The notes under the pieces are model-generated. The model had not been told where the DNA came from, made no database searches, and worked only from the letters and a program-made list of their open reading frames with translations. Both the position numbers and the translations under genes were made by a program. A stretch of 57,070 nt of DNA, filler included, from Basidiobolus ranarum (lineage: Eukaryota), in NCBI GenBank assembly GCA_040143965.1. It is 2 parts of 2 records of this genome, joined end to end, with 100 filler letters (N's around TTAATTAATTAA, not from the genome) between each part and the next. Parts side by side here need not be neighbours in the genome. Positions count along the whole stretch, not along the records: positions 1 to 28,525 come from JASJQH010000114.1; positions 28,626 to 57,070 come from JASJQH010000115.1. One strand, written 5' to 3'. Each line of letters begins with the position of its first letter. The stretch's first letter is position 1. Positions 22,800 through 34,747 of this stretch are shown one piece after another.

Positions 22800-24720
22800 T
22801 TGTAGACGAATGATGTATTCAACACAGATGAATCATAAGTGTAAACAATTATTTTTCTTATTATTTTAAATATTTCTCGATCATCCCCAATACTTGCACC
22901 TGGATATAAGCCCCAAGCTGACAGCATAATGAATTGCAACATTCTCAGTTAGTTGTTCTTCAACTGATATTGAAAGTTTAACGGTTTGGACATCACCTAA
23001 TCAATCTGCAAATCTTGTACTTGATATACAAGTGCAATTGCCTGATATAAAAGGCATACAATCAACCTGTCTTTATACAATCTCAATACATCTGACTATC
23101 ATATCTAAGTTAGCAAGCATTATTTAGCCAAATATTACTCAACTGCAAATAATCGAAACAAACATTTAGTATAAATGTAAATTATCCACATAGCAATGTT
23201 ATACTTAATATTTCTAATTCATCAAAATTAATCCTATTATTACTCCCAGAGGTGTTTTCAATATAATCTCATTGCTTGTTTTCTGCATACCTACTAAAAG
23301 GTATCAGCATTTTATTTCCAGTTATTTAATAAACATCTCTCAAGTTCATGATAACTCTATATCTTAAAAAAATCCTTCACACAGAAAATCTTATCAAAAC
23401 AGCTTGTTAACCCTGTGTTCTAACCTTTAAAATCAGAAGTTAATACTACCACTTATATTAATTCAAAGCTTGACATGAAAAATCTTTACTTATGGATGCT
23501 GAAATAAGCATAGTCTAAGCATCTATAGAGTCATATATAGCTTAGTGCTTAGTTATTCTATATTGAACTTCGATATCACTTCAAGAGGAATTTACTCAGA
23601 ATTTCTCAGATATATAGGGTTTTCAAACTTGTGCTAGAAGCCAGTTCTCAGATATAAAGATTTCCGAAGAAGCCCCAAATTTTGCACACATGTTCTTGAG
23701 ACCTTCCTTACCATATTCTACACGTTTGCTTATTTACATCCTGATAAAACATCAATGTCAGCTTTTAACTCACTGTATCAATAAGTGAAAAGCACCAATT
23801 CTTCTAATTCCCCAAACCACTTCCAATAAACTCCCAAAATACTTAAGCCGGGGAATTCTAAGATTTGAATTAGTCAAGAATTGAATAATCATGCTCTGTG
23901 AGTGAGGAAAAATAGGAAAAATTTAGTTCAAAAAGATAATAGATAAAACAGTATATAGATAGTACACGCATCCCCAAATTTTCAACTTCACCTTTTTGTT
24001 ACCCAGTAAGCCGGATACCTAGACTTTCATATGGTTTCATTGTTGTTGGATAATTAATCTGTATTTGCATTTCTCCAAAGTATTGAGCATATGTAGCTCA
24101 ACTTGCTAGTATCATTAAGAATAATTCCAGGGCTGGTCAGCCTGCTTGCAACAGAGTCCTTTCATAGCAGCCTTTTGGTAATTCCTGATAAGGCAGCCAA
24201 TAGTGCTAAGGCTCCTTGTGCATAATCTCTAAATATCAAGTGGTTATTGGAGGATATCTCATTTAAACAAGAATATGATGTATACCACTCTGCTTAAGTT
24301 GTACATTTAGCTAAATATCCAAGGGCAATTGGTACATGAAGATTTAACACCAATTGCTATATTTTGAGGCCATCTATAATGCTCAGGAAGTAGCTTCCTC
24401 TTGGCAATCTTTCTCCTGATTAAATGCACATCCTTGTCAAATTCTCTGCTGCCCAGGTTTTCAAAATGCAATCAATTTTGCTAAAGTCATACAAGTCATA
24501 CATAAATATGTCTACTTTCATCTGGATACACCACACCATCTCTAAGCATTCGAATATACTACCAACGTTTCCATCTTCAAAGCAACAAAATGGAACAAGA
24601 ATGCTCAGACATCACCCTAAGAACTAAGTCATTTAGAGTTAATAAGCAGCTATTAACAATATTTGTAAGACAATCTAACATTTAGCAAAATATTTTTACC
24701 ATTAAAAGGAGCCCACAATT
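22800..24720. other. CpG-depleted, AT-rich relic region (probable decayed repeat/TE or pseudogene)
   Basis: By-eye count of ~12 CpG in 1.9 kb versus ~19 in the adjacent 22201-22640; no intact long ORF; no family recognised. Confidence 0.45.
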
Positions 24721-25228
24721 GTGACAGTGTAGTGTTGATCTAATTCTTTATAGTAAGACATTGATCCTAGCGGAGACGATATACACTAGGATCAGCTCGT
24801 TAAGGACTTGGTTTGAAAGGGTTTGCTACGCTCAATTTAGTATTCTAGACATTAAACCTGGAGTCTATTGCTAGTTTGGTAGATGCTGCGCATATTTTAT
24901 GACTGAAGATACTGTTCACAATGGATTGATTTGAAGGGCAGTTCTCAGTTCCCAAAAACACTGCACTATATATGATCTATCATCATCTAACCATGAGCAG
25001 TAGTAGCATATTTCGCGGTATATATGCATTAATTCATTTTTCAATTCGTAACTTCAATCTTGTATAAGAGGATGCAAAATCAGTTACATTCATAATATGC
25101 CGAAAGTTGAAACAAGAGAACTGTGAAATACATCCAGTGCTGACGTAAGTGCGATTGACTGATACGACTCTACACCATTTTTAACTCATGTCCAGACCAT
25201 CACTTCACACTGATGGATCATTCATGCA

Positions 25229-25248
25229 TATATATATATATATATATA
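25229..25248. repeat. (TA)n microsatellite
   Basis: About 10 TA units. Confidence 0.85.
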
Positions 25249-25703
25249 CTTATAGCTTTGGACATGGCTATTTGAGTTCAGTTTCTCAATAAGTGGTTGA
25301 GTGGTAGGTAATGCCATGGCTACACCCAAAGCGACGAGGAAAGGTCATAGAGGATGTTCATTTATGATTGCTGACACCGTGAGATTAGAAGCCTGTTAAT
25401 AGAATAGGTAAGCAAGAGTGGGGGTATCTGAGTGAGATATCTCATATCATAGTTAAGACCCCCTCGGGATTCTCGGGATTACGTTCACTACTATTACACA
25501 TAGTGTGCCATGATTATAAGTCTTTAATTAATCGACCATTAAGGAAATTATATCCAAATTAGTCTATATATACAGTGATTGCATCAATTCATGAAATCAA
25601 TTTATTCTCAATGCGAAGCCGATAGCCATTCCAGAACATACCTTGGGAATTTGTTGTTATACTAAGAACGAGTTCAACCATTCATTCTATGGCGGTAGGT
25701 ATT

Positions 25704-27388
25704 CTAGTTCGTCATGTAAGGCTCAATGCGAATATGCATATTTGCTGGATATGCTGTGAAGAGAACTTTTTCCATGATTGGCTCCTCAGATGGTGGTATT
25801 GAAAGGAACGACAAACGGAAGTTTGTGGTTATCAATGAAATCAATACAGCCAGCTCAGTTTCGGCCAAGTGACGACCTGGACATACACGAGGTCCAAAAC
25901 CAAATGCGAGGCCCAGTTGGTTCATGGTCTTGATTTGGCTTTCACTCTCCCCATTCTCCCCAAGCCATTGTTCAGGATTGAACCTGAATGGATCCGCAGT
26001 TGGCCATGAACGTAGCGTTGCAACGCGGGTAAGAAGGAATAACTCAGTTCCTTTGCTGATTTTTAGCCCCTGGATATCGTGATCTTTAAGCGCGTTCACT
26101 TTAAGTGCAGGTCCAACCGAATGAACACGGAGTGATTCTTGAATGATGGCATTAACAAATGGAAGATGAGTCTCTGGGGAGCTAAGAACTTTCTCGATGA
26201 CAGTCAAGTCCTGATTGATGTCCAATTGGTTCACATCGCCGAAGGCTTGCTCTACCTCAGCCCTAATCCTATCTTGATACTGTGGGTTCCTGGCAAGCTC
26301 ATAAAGAATCCAACTCATCACCGTAGCAGTGGTTTCTGTTAGAAAGTGGGTGATTAGGAATATCCAATTGGGTGGAGAACAGAAACTCACTATTTACCGT
26401 ATCCAGCAATTACTACAGTCAACAAATTAGCTTTCATCTGGTCGTTTGTAAGGCGATGCATACGGCGACGCTTCTCGGATAGATCAGTGGATTCCCCATC
26501 TGCTTCAACGGTGCTCTTGATCAGTGTCTCAAGCAGAGTCCGCGAATCTCGGTTTTCCTGATGCTTGTAGCCATTGTCGATTAATGCTTGAATCCGTTGA
26601 GTAAACTCGATATTCATATTCTCGGTTATTCTGTCCTTTTCAGTTTTATAGAATTTCCAGGTTGGGAGGAATGATGATGCTCGCTCAACGATACGAACCA
26701 GAAAAATCTTACTTCTGTTTAGTATGTCATGAGACAGGAAGTTCTCTTCACCCCATGAGAAGGATGCATCACAAACAATCGAAAGGACTGTTGATTGGAT
26801 CTCATTCAGGATGCTCTCAGTCAGATCATTCCCATCATAGCTATTCCTGATGGGGAATTTCGATTCAGTCGAGTCGGCGCTATCGCAGCGTTGCGAGGCC
26901 AGCACTTTAGCCTGTTCTTCAGACAAAATCCGAAGCCGTTCTTGCAGCTTCTTAGTGTGGAACCATACGCATTTCTTAAACTCACGTACCTTGGTCGGGG
27001 AGAATGCATTAGCTATCCAGTATCTTGAATGCCTCCATTCCTCACCTTCCTGCGAAAAAAGCCCATTGACGTTGAGCTCCTCAGCAACTCTGGCCAGACC
27101 TACTCCACGAGAGAATCCATCAGGCCTTGCTTTTAAGATCTCCTGACACATACGAATATCCGAGACTACAAGCAGTTGCTTGCGTAGCAAGTTCACGTGG
27201 TACACCGGCCCATATTTCCAAGCCCAGCCTTCAAAATCCCGCGTGAAGTGCTCAAGGCGTATTTGAAATAGATTTCCAAATATAGGGATTCCTTTTGGCC
27301 CAGGTAAATAAGAATAGGAGTTATTTTTAACAAATCTATGCCAGAGCAATAGCAGTACAAGTGTAAGGGATGCTATTATCAACAACAT
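25704..27388 (-). CDS. Cytochrome P450; 2 exons (27388-26398, 26335-25704)
   Basis: N-terminal membrane anchor, PGPKGIPIFGN, I-helix AGY/ETT restored by a 62-nt intron, ESLR (ExxR), FNPEQW, heme motif FGFGPRVCPG. Confidence 0.95.
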
Positions 27389-28525
27389 CGTAATGTGGCT
27401 AAAAATTGTGGGCAAGGCGCGGTTTTTATATTTTTCTATACTAGCATATATGCAGCACTCCGTTATGGTTAATTTCTTGTTTGACCGGTTTAGGGGGGAA
27501 GCCAGTCATGTGTTTGTACCAACCATTTGATTGAAAGTTGCTTCATAATTATCTATGGTTTTCCAATTCTGAATGCCAGCAAAGAGATATACTGTATGAT
27601 TGAACGATAGTTAGGGTTAGGAGATTAGGGTAACTATTCAATAATAATAATATATATACTGATTAACTTAGGGTTAGGGTGACTTGGATCTGATTGAACA
27701 TATGACAAATATATTCCTGATTAGTCTACAGGATTCAGACAGTGCTTGCGGTATTACTGCTTGATCTGTTGCGGTTCTAATAATTAAGGTAAGCCCAGAA
27801 AAATATACTAGAGATGAATAAATAAATATAAAGATAGTCACCTATTTGGAACTTTCGTAGAGCAGAATATCCCCATATCGTAGGTCCTTGCTGAATACTG
27901 TGTTTAATGCCACAATGCTGATGTTCTTATTCTGGATGTGCCTTGGAAACATCCTCGACGTGTTGTATGGTAGGGTAGTAGTACCATAGTATGTCTGATC
28001 TCTGCTCATGCCTGAGCTGCTTTTTATAACCATAAAGGAGCCAAACCTTTACTGCTACCACTGCATTTTACAACCACATTGACTCAATGTTTGACAGTTT
28101 AGACCATATTTCTCACCACATACTGCCTTAAAGAATTCATTCGGAAGCAGTTTAAAATGGGCTTACTTCTATATTTACTATTAGTCATATATCTGGGGCA
28201 AGAGAGGTAACAAGATATAGTTCAGTTTTATATCGGAGTATATATAATTACTCTAGTATAAAGGCATGAGAAGCAGTATGCCTGAAATGAAGTACTATTT
28301 AACTATATATTTGTCAATTTTCCACAAAGTCACTGCAAGATAATATATTAGGGGGGATGAAAAGCACCATATGGTGTGGACTTTATTTAGCTTAAACACT
28401 AATCTAAACAAAGTAACAATAAAGACATTAATCTTTTAAGATATTGTGACAATACTGGATCATATCCATACTTAACCTGATGACCAATGTAATCAAGTTC
28501 AGAGGATGTAAATATAGTGTTAAGG

Positions 28526-28625
28526 NNNNNNNNNNNNNNNNNNNNNNNNNNNNNNNNNNNNNNNNNNNNTTAATTAATTAANNNNNNNNNNNNNNNNNNN
28601 NNNNNNNNNNNNNNNNNNNNNNNNN
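28526..28625. other. Assembly gap (Ns) containing an artificial TTAATTAATTAA linker at 28570-28581
   Basis: 100-nt block of 44 N + 12-mer + 44 N; the 12-mer has stop codons in all six frames. Confidence 0.95.
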
Positions 28626-29755
28626 AACATCTTGACTTTATCTTTGAATATTATATTCTAACTTGGCTTATTTATTTATTGACTTTGTTTAAATTGATAA
28701 ATAAATATTACACCTTCTGGTGCTTATCATCCCCTAACCCTAAGAAATCGTCAAGAGCATTGATGGCAAAAATACTGCCTTTAAAATTCAATACAAAGGC
28801 GGTAGAATCACAGCTGACTGATGTTCAACTCGAGGATTTCTTGGCGTTGAATGCGGTGTTGTATTCGCAATGGCCAAGTGGTATTTGAGCGACGACTTGG
28901 CGAGCTTCATATCCACTCGTGCTCCAAATTACATTTGCAGTCAATACTTCCTGACAAACTCTGAGTGGCATCTCGTTCAAGGAGCAGTCAGTTCCACTCT
29001 TCATCCTTCAATTAAAGAAGTACTAGTAACTGATATTGTGATTCAATTTGTTACGATAGTAAAGCGTCGAGTTCCTGGATGGACTCGCTGTAATTCAAAC
29101 TCTCGGAAGACAGCCACATGCACTAATTAATAATGGCCATCGCTCGTGCCTACCAACCAGTTGACAAATCAGAATTCTATTCGTGAACTCAGTGTTTATC
29201 CAATAGAATTGGCCATCGTTCTCGACTCTCAGTTCAAACAACTAAATTGCTTGCACGAAGCACAAATACGCCAGCGTCGTACTCGACAGTCATTTGGTAT
29301 AATCGAGATATTCTGCATAACGCTATTCGAGATTGTTATACATATGCTCAACACGGCGAGTTACTGTCCTTGGAGGCGGAATTGGCAAGATTAAAAATTG
29401 TTCAGGTTAAATGATCGTGAATCCATCAATCAATCGATCAAACCAAATGATGCTGAATTTTCATCTCCCGAAATCAAATATGGGAGTATTGTCAGTTAGC
29501 TAAGAGCATGAGTAACTATGACACTTCTCCTGAATATTCCATATTTAGCTGTTAGATTATATTGGAACGAACTGGCGACATTTTAGGTATCTGAAAGCTT
29601 TAATATAGCTAATTTTTATGATAGTTTACTCAATATTCGCCCATTTATCTACCATTATTGGCCCCTTTTTAATAATTGATATTTCCCAATACTTTAAATA
29701 CATTTGACTCTTTGGGAATAACCAACCTCTCTACTATATTTTTGTCCCAACCCTC

Positions 29756-31072
29756 ATGTCCTCGCCAAGTGAAAAGACGCCTCAGACAAATGGCGCAAAC
29801 AGCATAACCATTTCACCAGCTACCCGTGTTGGTAAGGCGGAGCTGGATGTCTGGACCATGTTCAACATGGCTGCTGCCGAATTCCAAGCCGTCAATCTTG
29901 GTCAAGGCTTTATGAACTTTCCTGCTCGGGATTTTGTCAAAGAAGCTGCTCGCGAGGCAATCTTAGACGATTCATGCAATCAATATGCTCCTCCTCGCGG
30001 TAGACCGAGATTAAGAAACGCTCTTGCAAAGTCATACAGCAAACTTTTCGACCGTTCACTTAATCCTGATTCCGAAATCATTGTGACTGCCGGTGGTAAC
30101 GAAGGTTTGTTATCAGTCTTCATGGCTTACTTAGACCCAGGGGATGAGGTGATTTTAATGGAGCCTGCATTTGATCAATACATGCCCAACATTGCCATGA
30201 CTGGAGCGGTCCCAGTTTTTGTCCCTCTTAGACCACGAGAGGGTGTGGATCCCACCTCTTCCAATATATCTTCCCAAGACTGGATACTTGATATCGAAGA
30301 ACTTGAGAGTAAGATTACACCTCGTACTAAAATCATCGTTGTGAATACCCCACACAATCCCATTGGTAAAGTTTTTAGCCGTGGCGAGCTAGAAGCCATT
30401 GGTAGAGTTGCGGAAAAGCATAATTTGCTTATTGTCAGTGATGAGGTATATGATCGTTTAGTATTTGACAATGCAGAGCATGTCCCTATTGCCACTATCC
30501 CTGGCTTGTGGGAGCGGACCGTAACCGTTGCTAGCGCTGGTAAAGCGTTTGGTGTTACCGGATGGCGTATTGGATGGGTCATTGGCCCTGAGAAGCTTGT
30601 ATCTTCTGCTCTTGCTACCCATACTCGTATTGTTTTCTGTGTATCTTCGCCTATGCAGGAAGGTATTGCATGTGCCTTTGAACAGGCAGAGAGTAATCAA
30701 TTCTTTGAGCAGCAGCGTGAAGAGTACATCTCTCGTCGTGATAAACTTACTAGCGCATTTGACGCTGTCAATCTCCCATACACCATTCCCCAAGGCTCTT
30801 ACTTCCTCCTAGTCAATGCTGAACGTCTTGCCCAAAAGATTCCAGCAACTTACCCCTTCCCAGCGCACATTAGTGCTCGTGGTAAGAATTATGAGTTATG
30901 CTATTTCTTTACTCGGGAAATTGGAGTAAGTTGTATTCCACCAACGGAGTTTTACTGTGAACAAGATCGCCATTTAGCTGAAAGCTACGTAAGATTTGCA
31001 TTCTGTAAGACTGATGATATACTTGACGAAGCAGCCAAGCGTCTTCTCAAAGTCAACGAATGGCTCAACTAA
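29756..31072 (+). CDS. BNA3: PLP-dependent class I/II aminotransferase, kynurenine aminotransferase (Bna3/KAT-like)
   Basis: VNLGQGF, NQYAPPRG, NTPHNPIGKVF, SDEVYD, SAGKAFGVTGWRIGW (PLP lysine), VRFAFCK. Confidence 0.9.
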   Translation: MSSPSEKTPQTNGANSITISPATRVGKAELDVWTMFNMAAAEFQAVNLGQGFMNFPARDFVKEAAREAILDDSCNQYAPPRGRPRLRNALAKSYSKLFDRSLNPDSEIIVTAGGNEGLLSVFMAYLDPGDEVILMEPAFDQYMPNIAMTGAVPVFVPLRPREGVDPTSSNISSQDWILDIEELESKITPRTKIIVVNTPHNPIGKVFSRGELEAIGRVAEKHNLLIVSDEVYDRLVFDNAEHVPIATIPGLWERTVTVASAGKAFGVTGWRIGWVIGPEKLVSSALATHTRIVFCVSSPMQEGIACAFEQAESNQFFEQQREEYISRRDKLTSAFDAVNLPYTIPQGSYFLLVNAERLAQKIPATYPFPAHISARGKNYELCYFFTREIGVSCIPPTEFYCEQDRHLAESYVRFAFCKTDDILDEAAKRLLKVNEWLN

Positions 31073-32012
31073 AAGAGCCATTGATTTCTATGATTCTGGT
31101 TGATATGAATCTGGTTGGTTGGTCTATTTCTTCCCAGGAAAATGGATTATAGTGAGGGTGTAATTGAAATGGGTGTAATTGAAATGACCAGCACCATTTG
31201 TATATTTTCATTCCTCCTTTCATTCCTCCTTTCATTCCACCAACCCTAGCCCTCGTTTCATTCCTCTCCTCAATAAACGTTATCAGCCATTAGCATCAGC
31301 CATCAGTCCAATTTTATGAGAACTTGATCATGTTACCTAATTCGCGTGATAAGTGAGATAATCTGTTGAAGCATTATTTACTCGTAATGTCTCACTATTC
31401 GCACTATTTCGTGAATCAACTCAGGTTTTGAGTTAGAATGGAATCCATTGTAGGTGCTTAGTTATGAAAGACAGTTGCTGAGAAGGGAACAGGATTAGGG
31501 TGGTGGAGGGAGAATCGAAAAGTTTATTTGAGAGAGGGTCCATGTGATGGAAACTGTGAGCACAATGACTTCAATAGCAAGGGGCCAGTATTCACAAGCT
31601 AATCAAGTGTGCAACTATCAGCTTACTAATGAGAACGTTTGAATTGCTTAATCTGAATAAACTAGAAACAGTGCAAATGGAAGTTGGCGAGCAGGTTCAT
31701 ACCCGTACCCAAAACTGGTACCCAAAACTGATACCACACTAAATCTTAATTCTCATAAACAGTTAGGGATCACTACTCGCTTCTATAATCCACCATTTGC
31801 TCCTTCATCTGTCATGTTATTCTCCTACTTAATGAACCAGGTTCTGTTCTGGTTTTTGTTTGAAAGAACATTGGATGAGCGAGGTGTGTTACCTGAGCGA
31901 GTTGTGTTACCTGACCGAGATTTCTCAGCTACCTACATAAATCATTCGCCTAAGCTCTGTTGTGTCAAACAAACATCTTCTCCATCTAACTTCTCCTAAT
32001 CAAAAACAGTCT

Positions 32013-32989
32013 ATGTTGAGAGTTCATCCATCAAAGAGCCAATTACTATTGATCGGTTCAAATGATGAAGCTCCAGGTGAAATATTAACCGGCCACGTCT
32101 CTCTAAATTTAAAGACCGCCACCAAGATCACCTCTCTGAACCTGGAATTCAAGAGGAGTGTGAGTGAGTATGGTACGTAGAGAGATAACTTGTAAACACA
32201 ATGGACCCACATTGATTTTTCTATATAGCCAAGTTCACCATGATAAGTGACAAGAGTTCGACCAAGATCCTGAAGGACACCATACTTCTCCAGGCTCAGG
32301 AGGAGGAATTCCTTACCTTACCTCCTGGGAATCATGTATTTCCTTTTGAGTTTCAACTGAAGGGTGACATGGCTGAAACTGTATCGAGCTACTATGTGGT
32401 AGTTAAATACTCTCTAATAGCAGTGTTGAAACGGCACGGTTGGGGCAGTAACCTTCGAGCAAGTAAGGATATTCTTGTGAACCGCGTTTATTTTCAAAAC
32501 GAGATTGATCAACTCGCGAATGTGATGTTGTGTAACAAATGGCCCCCATTTATGGAATACCAAATGATGATAGACACTAAGGTGATTCCTTTGGGTCAAA
32601 CCGTGCCCGTCAAGTTCAGTTGGTGGCCATTGGTGGATAGGATTCAGATACGTACTGTAGAATTTGCAGTCATTGAGAAGGTCATCCATACTAATGGAGA
32701 GTTGGATCGTTGGCTACCGATTAAGAGCAACCTATTACTTAATCCACCTATAGGCGCTAACAAATTAGCCTGCATATTGATTCCTTCACATTCTAACATT
32801 CACCCAGACATGAGCAATCAGTACATCACCATCCAACACCGTTTAGAAATGAATATACATTTCGAAGTTAATCAAAAGTTAAACTCCATTGTGCTGAGAT
32901 GCAGCATAATTGTTGCTCCTAAAAATGAAGAAATCCAAGAGGACTTGCCTTCATATTCTCAGGCTCTACTGGCGCCTAGAGTGCTGTAA
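32013..32989 (+). CDS. Alpha-arrestin (ART-like adaptor); 2 exons (32013-32172, 32229-32989)
   Basis: LTGHVSLNL, LPPGNHVFPFEFQL, VKYSLIA, ITIQHRLEM, and a C-terminal PY-type motif LPSY. Confidence 0.85.
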
Positions 32990-33110
32990 ATAAGTTTTGT
33001 AAAGATTTGTAAAGTTCATGTATTGTTGTCATTAATATTAAATACTACCTATAACTCCATTTATACACCGTTTACACACCAACCTCGCGTATTAGCTAGA
33101 AGGACCCTTA

Positions 33111-33180
33111 GCCGGTTAGATGAAAACCAGATATCTACAAGCCGGTTAGATGAAAACCAGATATCTACAAACCGGTTAGA
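33111..33180 (+). repeat. 30-bp tandem repeat, 2.3 copies
   Basis: gccggttagatgaaaaccagatatctacaa twice, then accggttaga. Confidence 0.9.
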
Positions 33181-33623
33181 AGAATACTCAATTCTAGATC
33201 CCTAGAAACCGGTTAGTCAGGTCTGGATCCCCTTAGATATCTTAGGGTTAGATCTGAACACCAGAATATGTTCCCATCAATAATCAATAGATTGCCAAAA
33301 GGAGCATTAACGAAAAAAAAAGCATGCTTGGTTGGGAGCAGGTTTAATCCAGAAAAAGCTGTGAATATAACTGTAGCCCAATAGTCTTTCTTTTCTGAAG
33401 CAATATCCTTGACATTCAAAGTATTGATTAAACAATGACTAACAAGATACTGCAGATATGATCAGACGTATACTTGGTGGGAAAGACTTGAGTGTCGCAC
33501 CCATGAAATTACCAATCCGAGTTAGCTACTGTCATTAGATGCTTTCAGCATTGTTTTTGAAGACAGGCTAATAGCGCTATTGACTCACTACTGTCAAAGT
33601 ACAATAGAGTATTCCACGTGAAT

Positions 33624-33705
33624 ACACATCCTATAGGTAAGCCATAAGAACACATCCCATAGGTAAGCCAAAGGTACACATTCACACACATTCTATAGGT
33701 AAGCC
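33624..33705 (+). repeat. Three copies of a ~20-bp unit, cacat(c/t)c(t/c)ataggtaagcca
   Basis: Direct repeats just downstream of the small secreted-peptide gene. Confidence 0.8.
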
Positions 33706-33793
33706 AAGCTGTTCAAATTAAAAAATCCTTTATTTCGTCTCCAAGCGTTGAATCAAGAGAAGATACAATGTTGGGACCGTCGTCATCACCACT

Positions 33794-34045
33794 TTATGTA
33801 CTACCTTCAGCAGCAGGCTCAGGCTCAGGTTTTGACCGTTGCCAAAAGAAACCTCGACCACCTGTCAGTATGTTACTGATTGGAGTCAAAATAAAGTCAT
33901 CAGCGGTAGCAACTGCCACACGCGCAATATCACGAATGAATCTAATTGGAGCGATAGTATCTGGTTGAGGTTGAGCTATGGGATTAGCTTGACCGACCAT
34001 GATCATAGCAACTAGGCATCCAAGAGTCATAAATTTCTTCAACAT
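33794..34045 (-). CDS. Small secreted peptide precursor (83 aa)
   Basis: MLKKFMTLGCLVAMIMVGQA signal peptide, then NPIAQPQP; TATAAA ~85 nt upstream of the ATG at 34045. Confidence 0.7.
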   Translation of the reverse strand: MLKKFMTLGCLVAMIMVGQANPIAQPQPDTIAPIRFIRDIARVAVATADDFILTPISNILTGGRGFFWQRSKPEPEPAAEGST

Positions 34046-34375
34046 TGTGATATTGGCGGCGAGACGAAGTGCTTGATGGTTAAAGGGAGAAGCGAACGGT
34101 GCTAGACTGATCAGGACTAGCTGTTCCATTTATAGTGTTTAGTGACTGATATTTTGCAGTAGAATCAAACATGTTCCAACCCTTCTTGCATAAAACTCAG
34201 TCACACTTTTCAAACATCATGCATTCAGGCACACAGGATAACATTTGTATCAAACAACATGAAACTGCAAAATTAGAGGAAATGTCGATTTTATCTGTTT
34301 TCAATAAGGAGTGGTAAAAATGAGTAGTTTATTTTTCGATCAACACATGAAGATACGGAGATGTACTTTTTTCGA

Positions 34376-34747
34376 TTAACACATGCAGATACGGAGATGT
34401 ACTTCACCAACAGATTTCCCTTTCTTGCTCGTTAGCACCCACCATCCCTCGATCCATCCACGTTGTGCTACCTCCTGTAGGGAGACAATACATGTACCCA
34501 CTTTGTCAGTATCCAGACCAAGCATCTCGCGATCCAGCAACTCAACATGGAGCTCATTGTGGCGATCGTCAAACTTCAATGTAAATGTTTCGTTATAGAC
34601 TGGATTGGGATCATTGCGGCGTGCGGAAGTCTTTTCACTGGAAGTATATCCATGGCCAGTGTAAATTTTGAACTTGGGGTCAATTTTATCCAACAAATCG
34701 TTGTTCTTAAGGTTACGACCTTCAATGACGGTTACTTGGATGGGCAT
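34376..34747 (-). CDS. Single C2-domain protein (123 aa)
   Basis: IQVTVIEGRNLKNNDLLDKIDP, NPVYNETF, LHVELLDRE..DTDKVG, GEVHLRI. Confidence 0.9.
   Translation of the reverse strand: MPIQVTVIEGRNLKNNDLLDKIDPKFKIYTGHGYTSSEKTSARRNDPNPVYNETFTLKFDDRHNELHVELLDREMLGLDTDKVGTCIVSLQEVAQRGWIEGWWVLTSKKGKSVGEVHLRICMC

Noticed and set aside
26336-26397. Apparent frameshift or split of the P450 (and likewise the AIF-like gene at ~1085)
   Set aside because: Both are explained by canonical introns that restore the conserved motifs.
28570-28581. Palindromic TTAATTAATTAA inside the N run
   Set aside because: It is centred in a 100-nt gap and has stops in all frames, so it is an assembly linker, not biology.
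25704-31072. P450 plus aminotransferase as a biosynthetic gene cluster
   Set aside because: There is no backbone enzyme, an assembly gap separates them, and the aminotransferase looks like the housekeeping Bna3 type.
33111-33180. 30-bp repeats as a CRISPR array
   Set aside because: The copies are adjacent with no spacers, there are no cas genes, and the context is eukaryotic.
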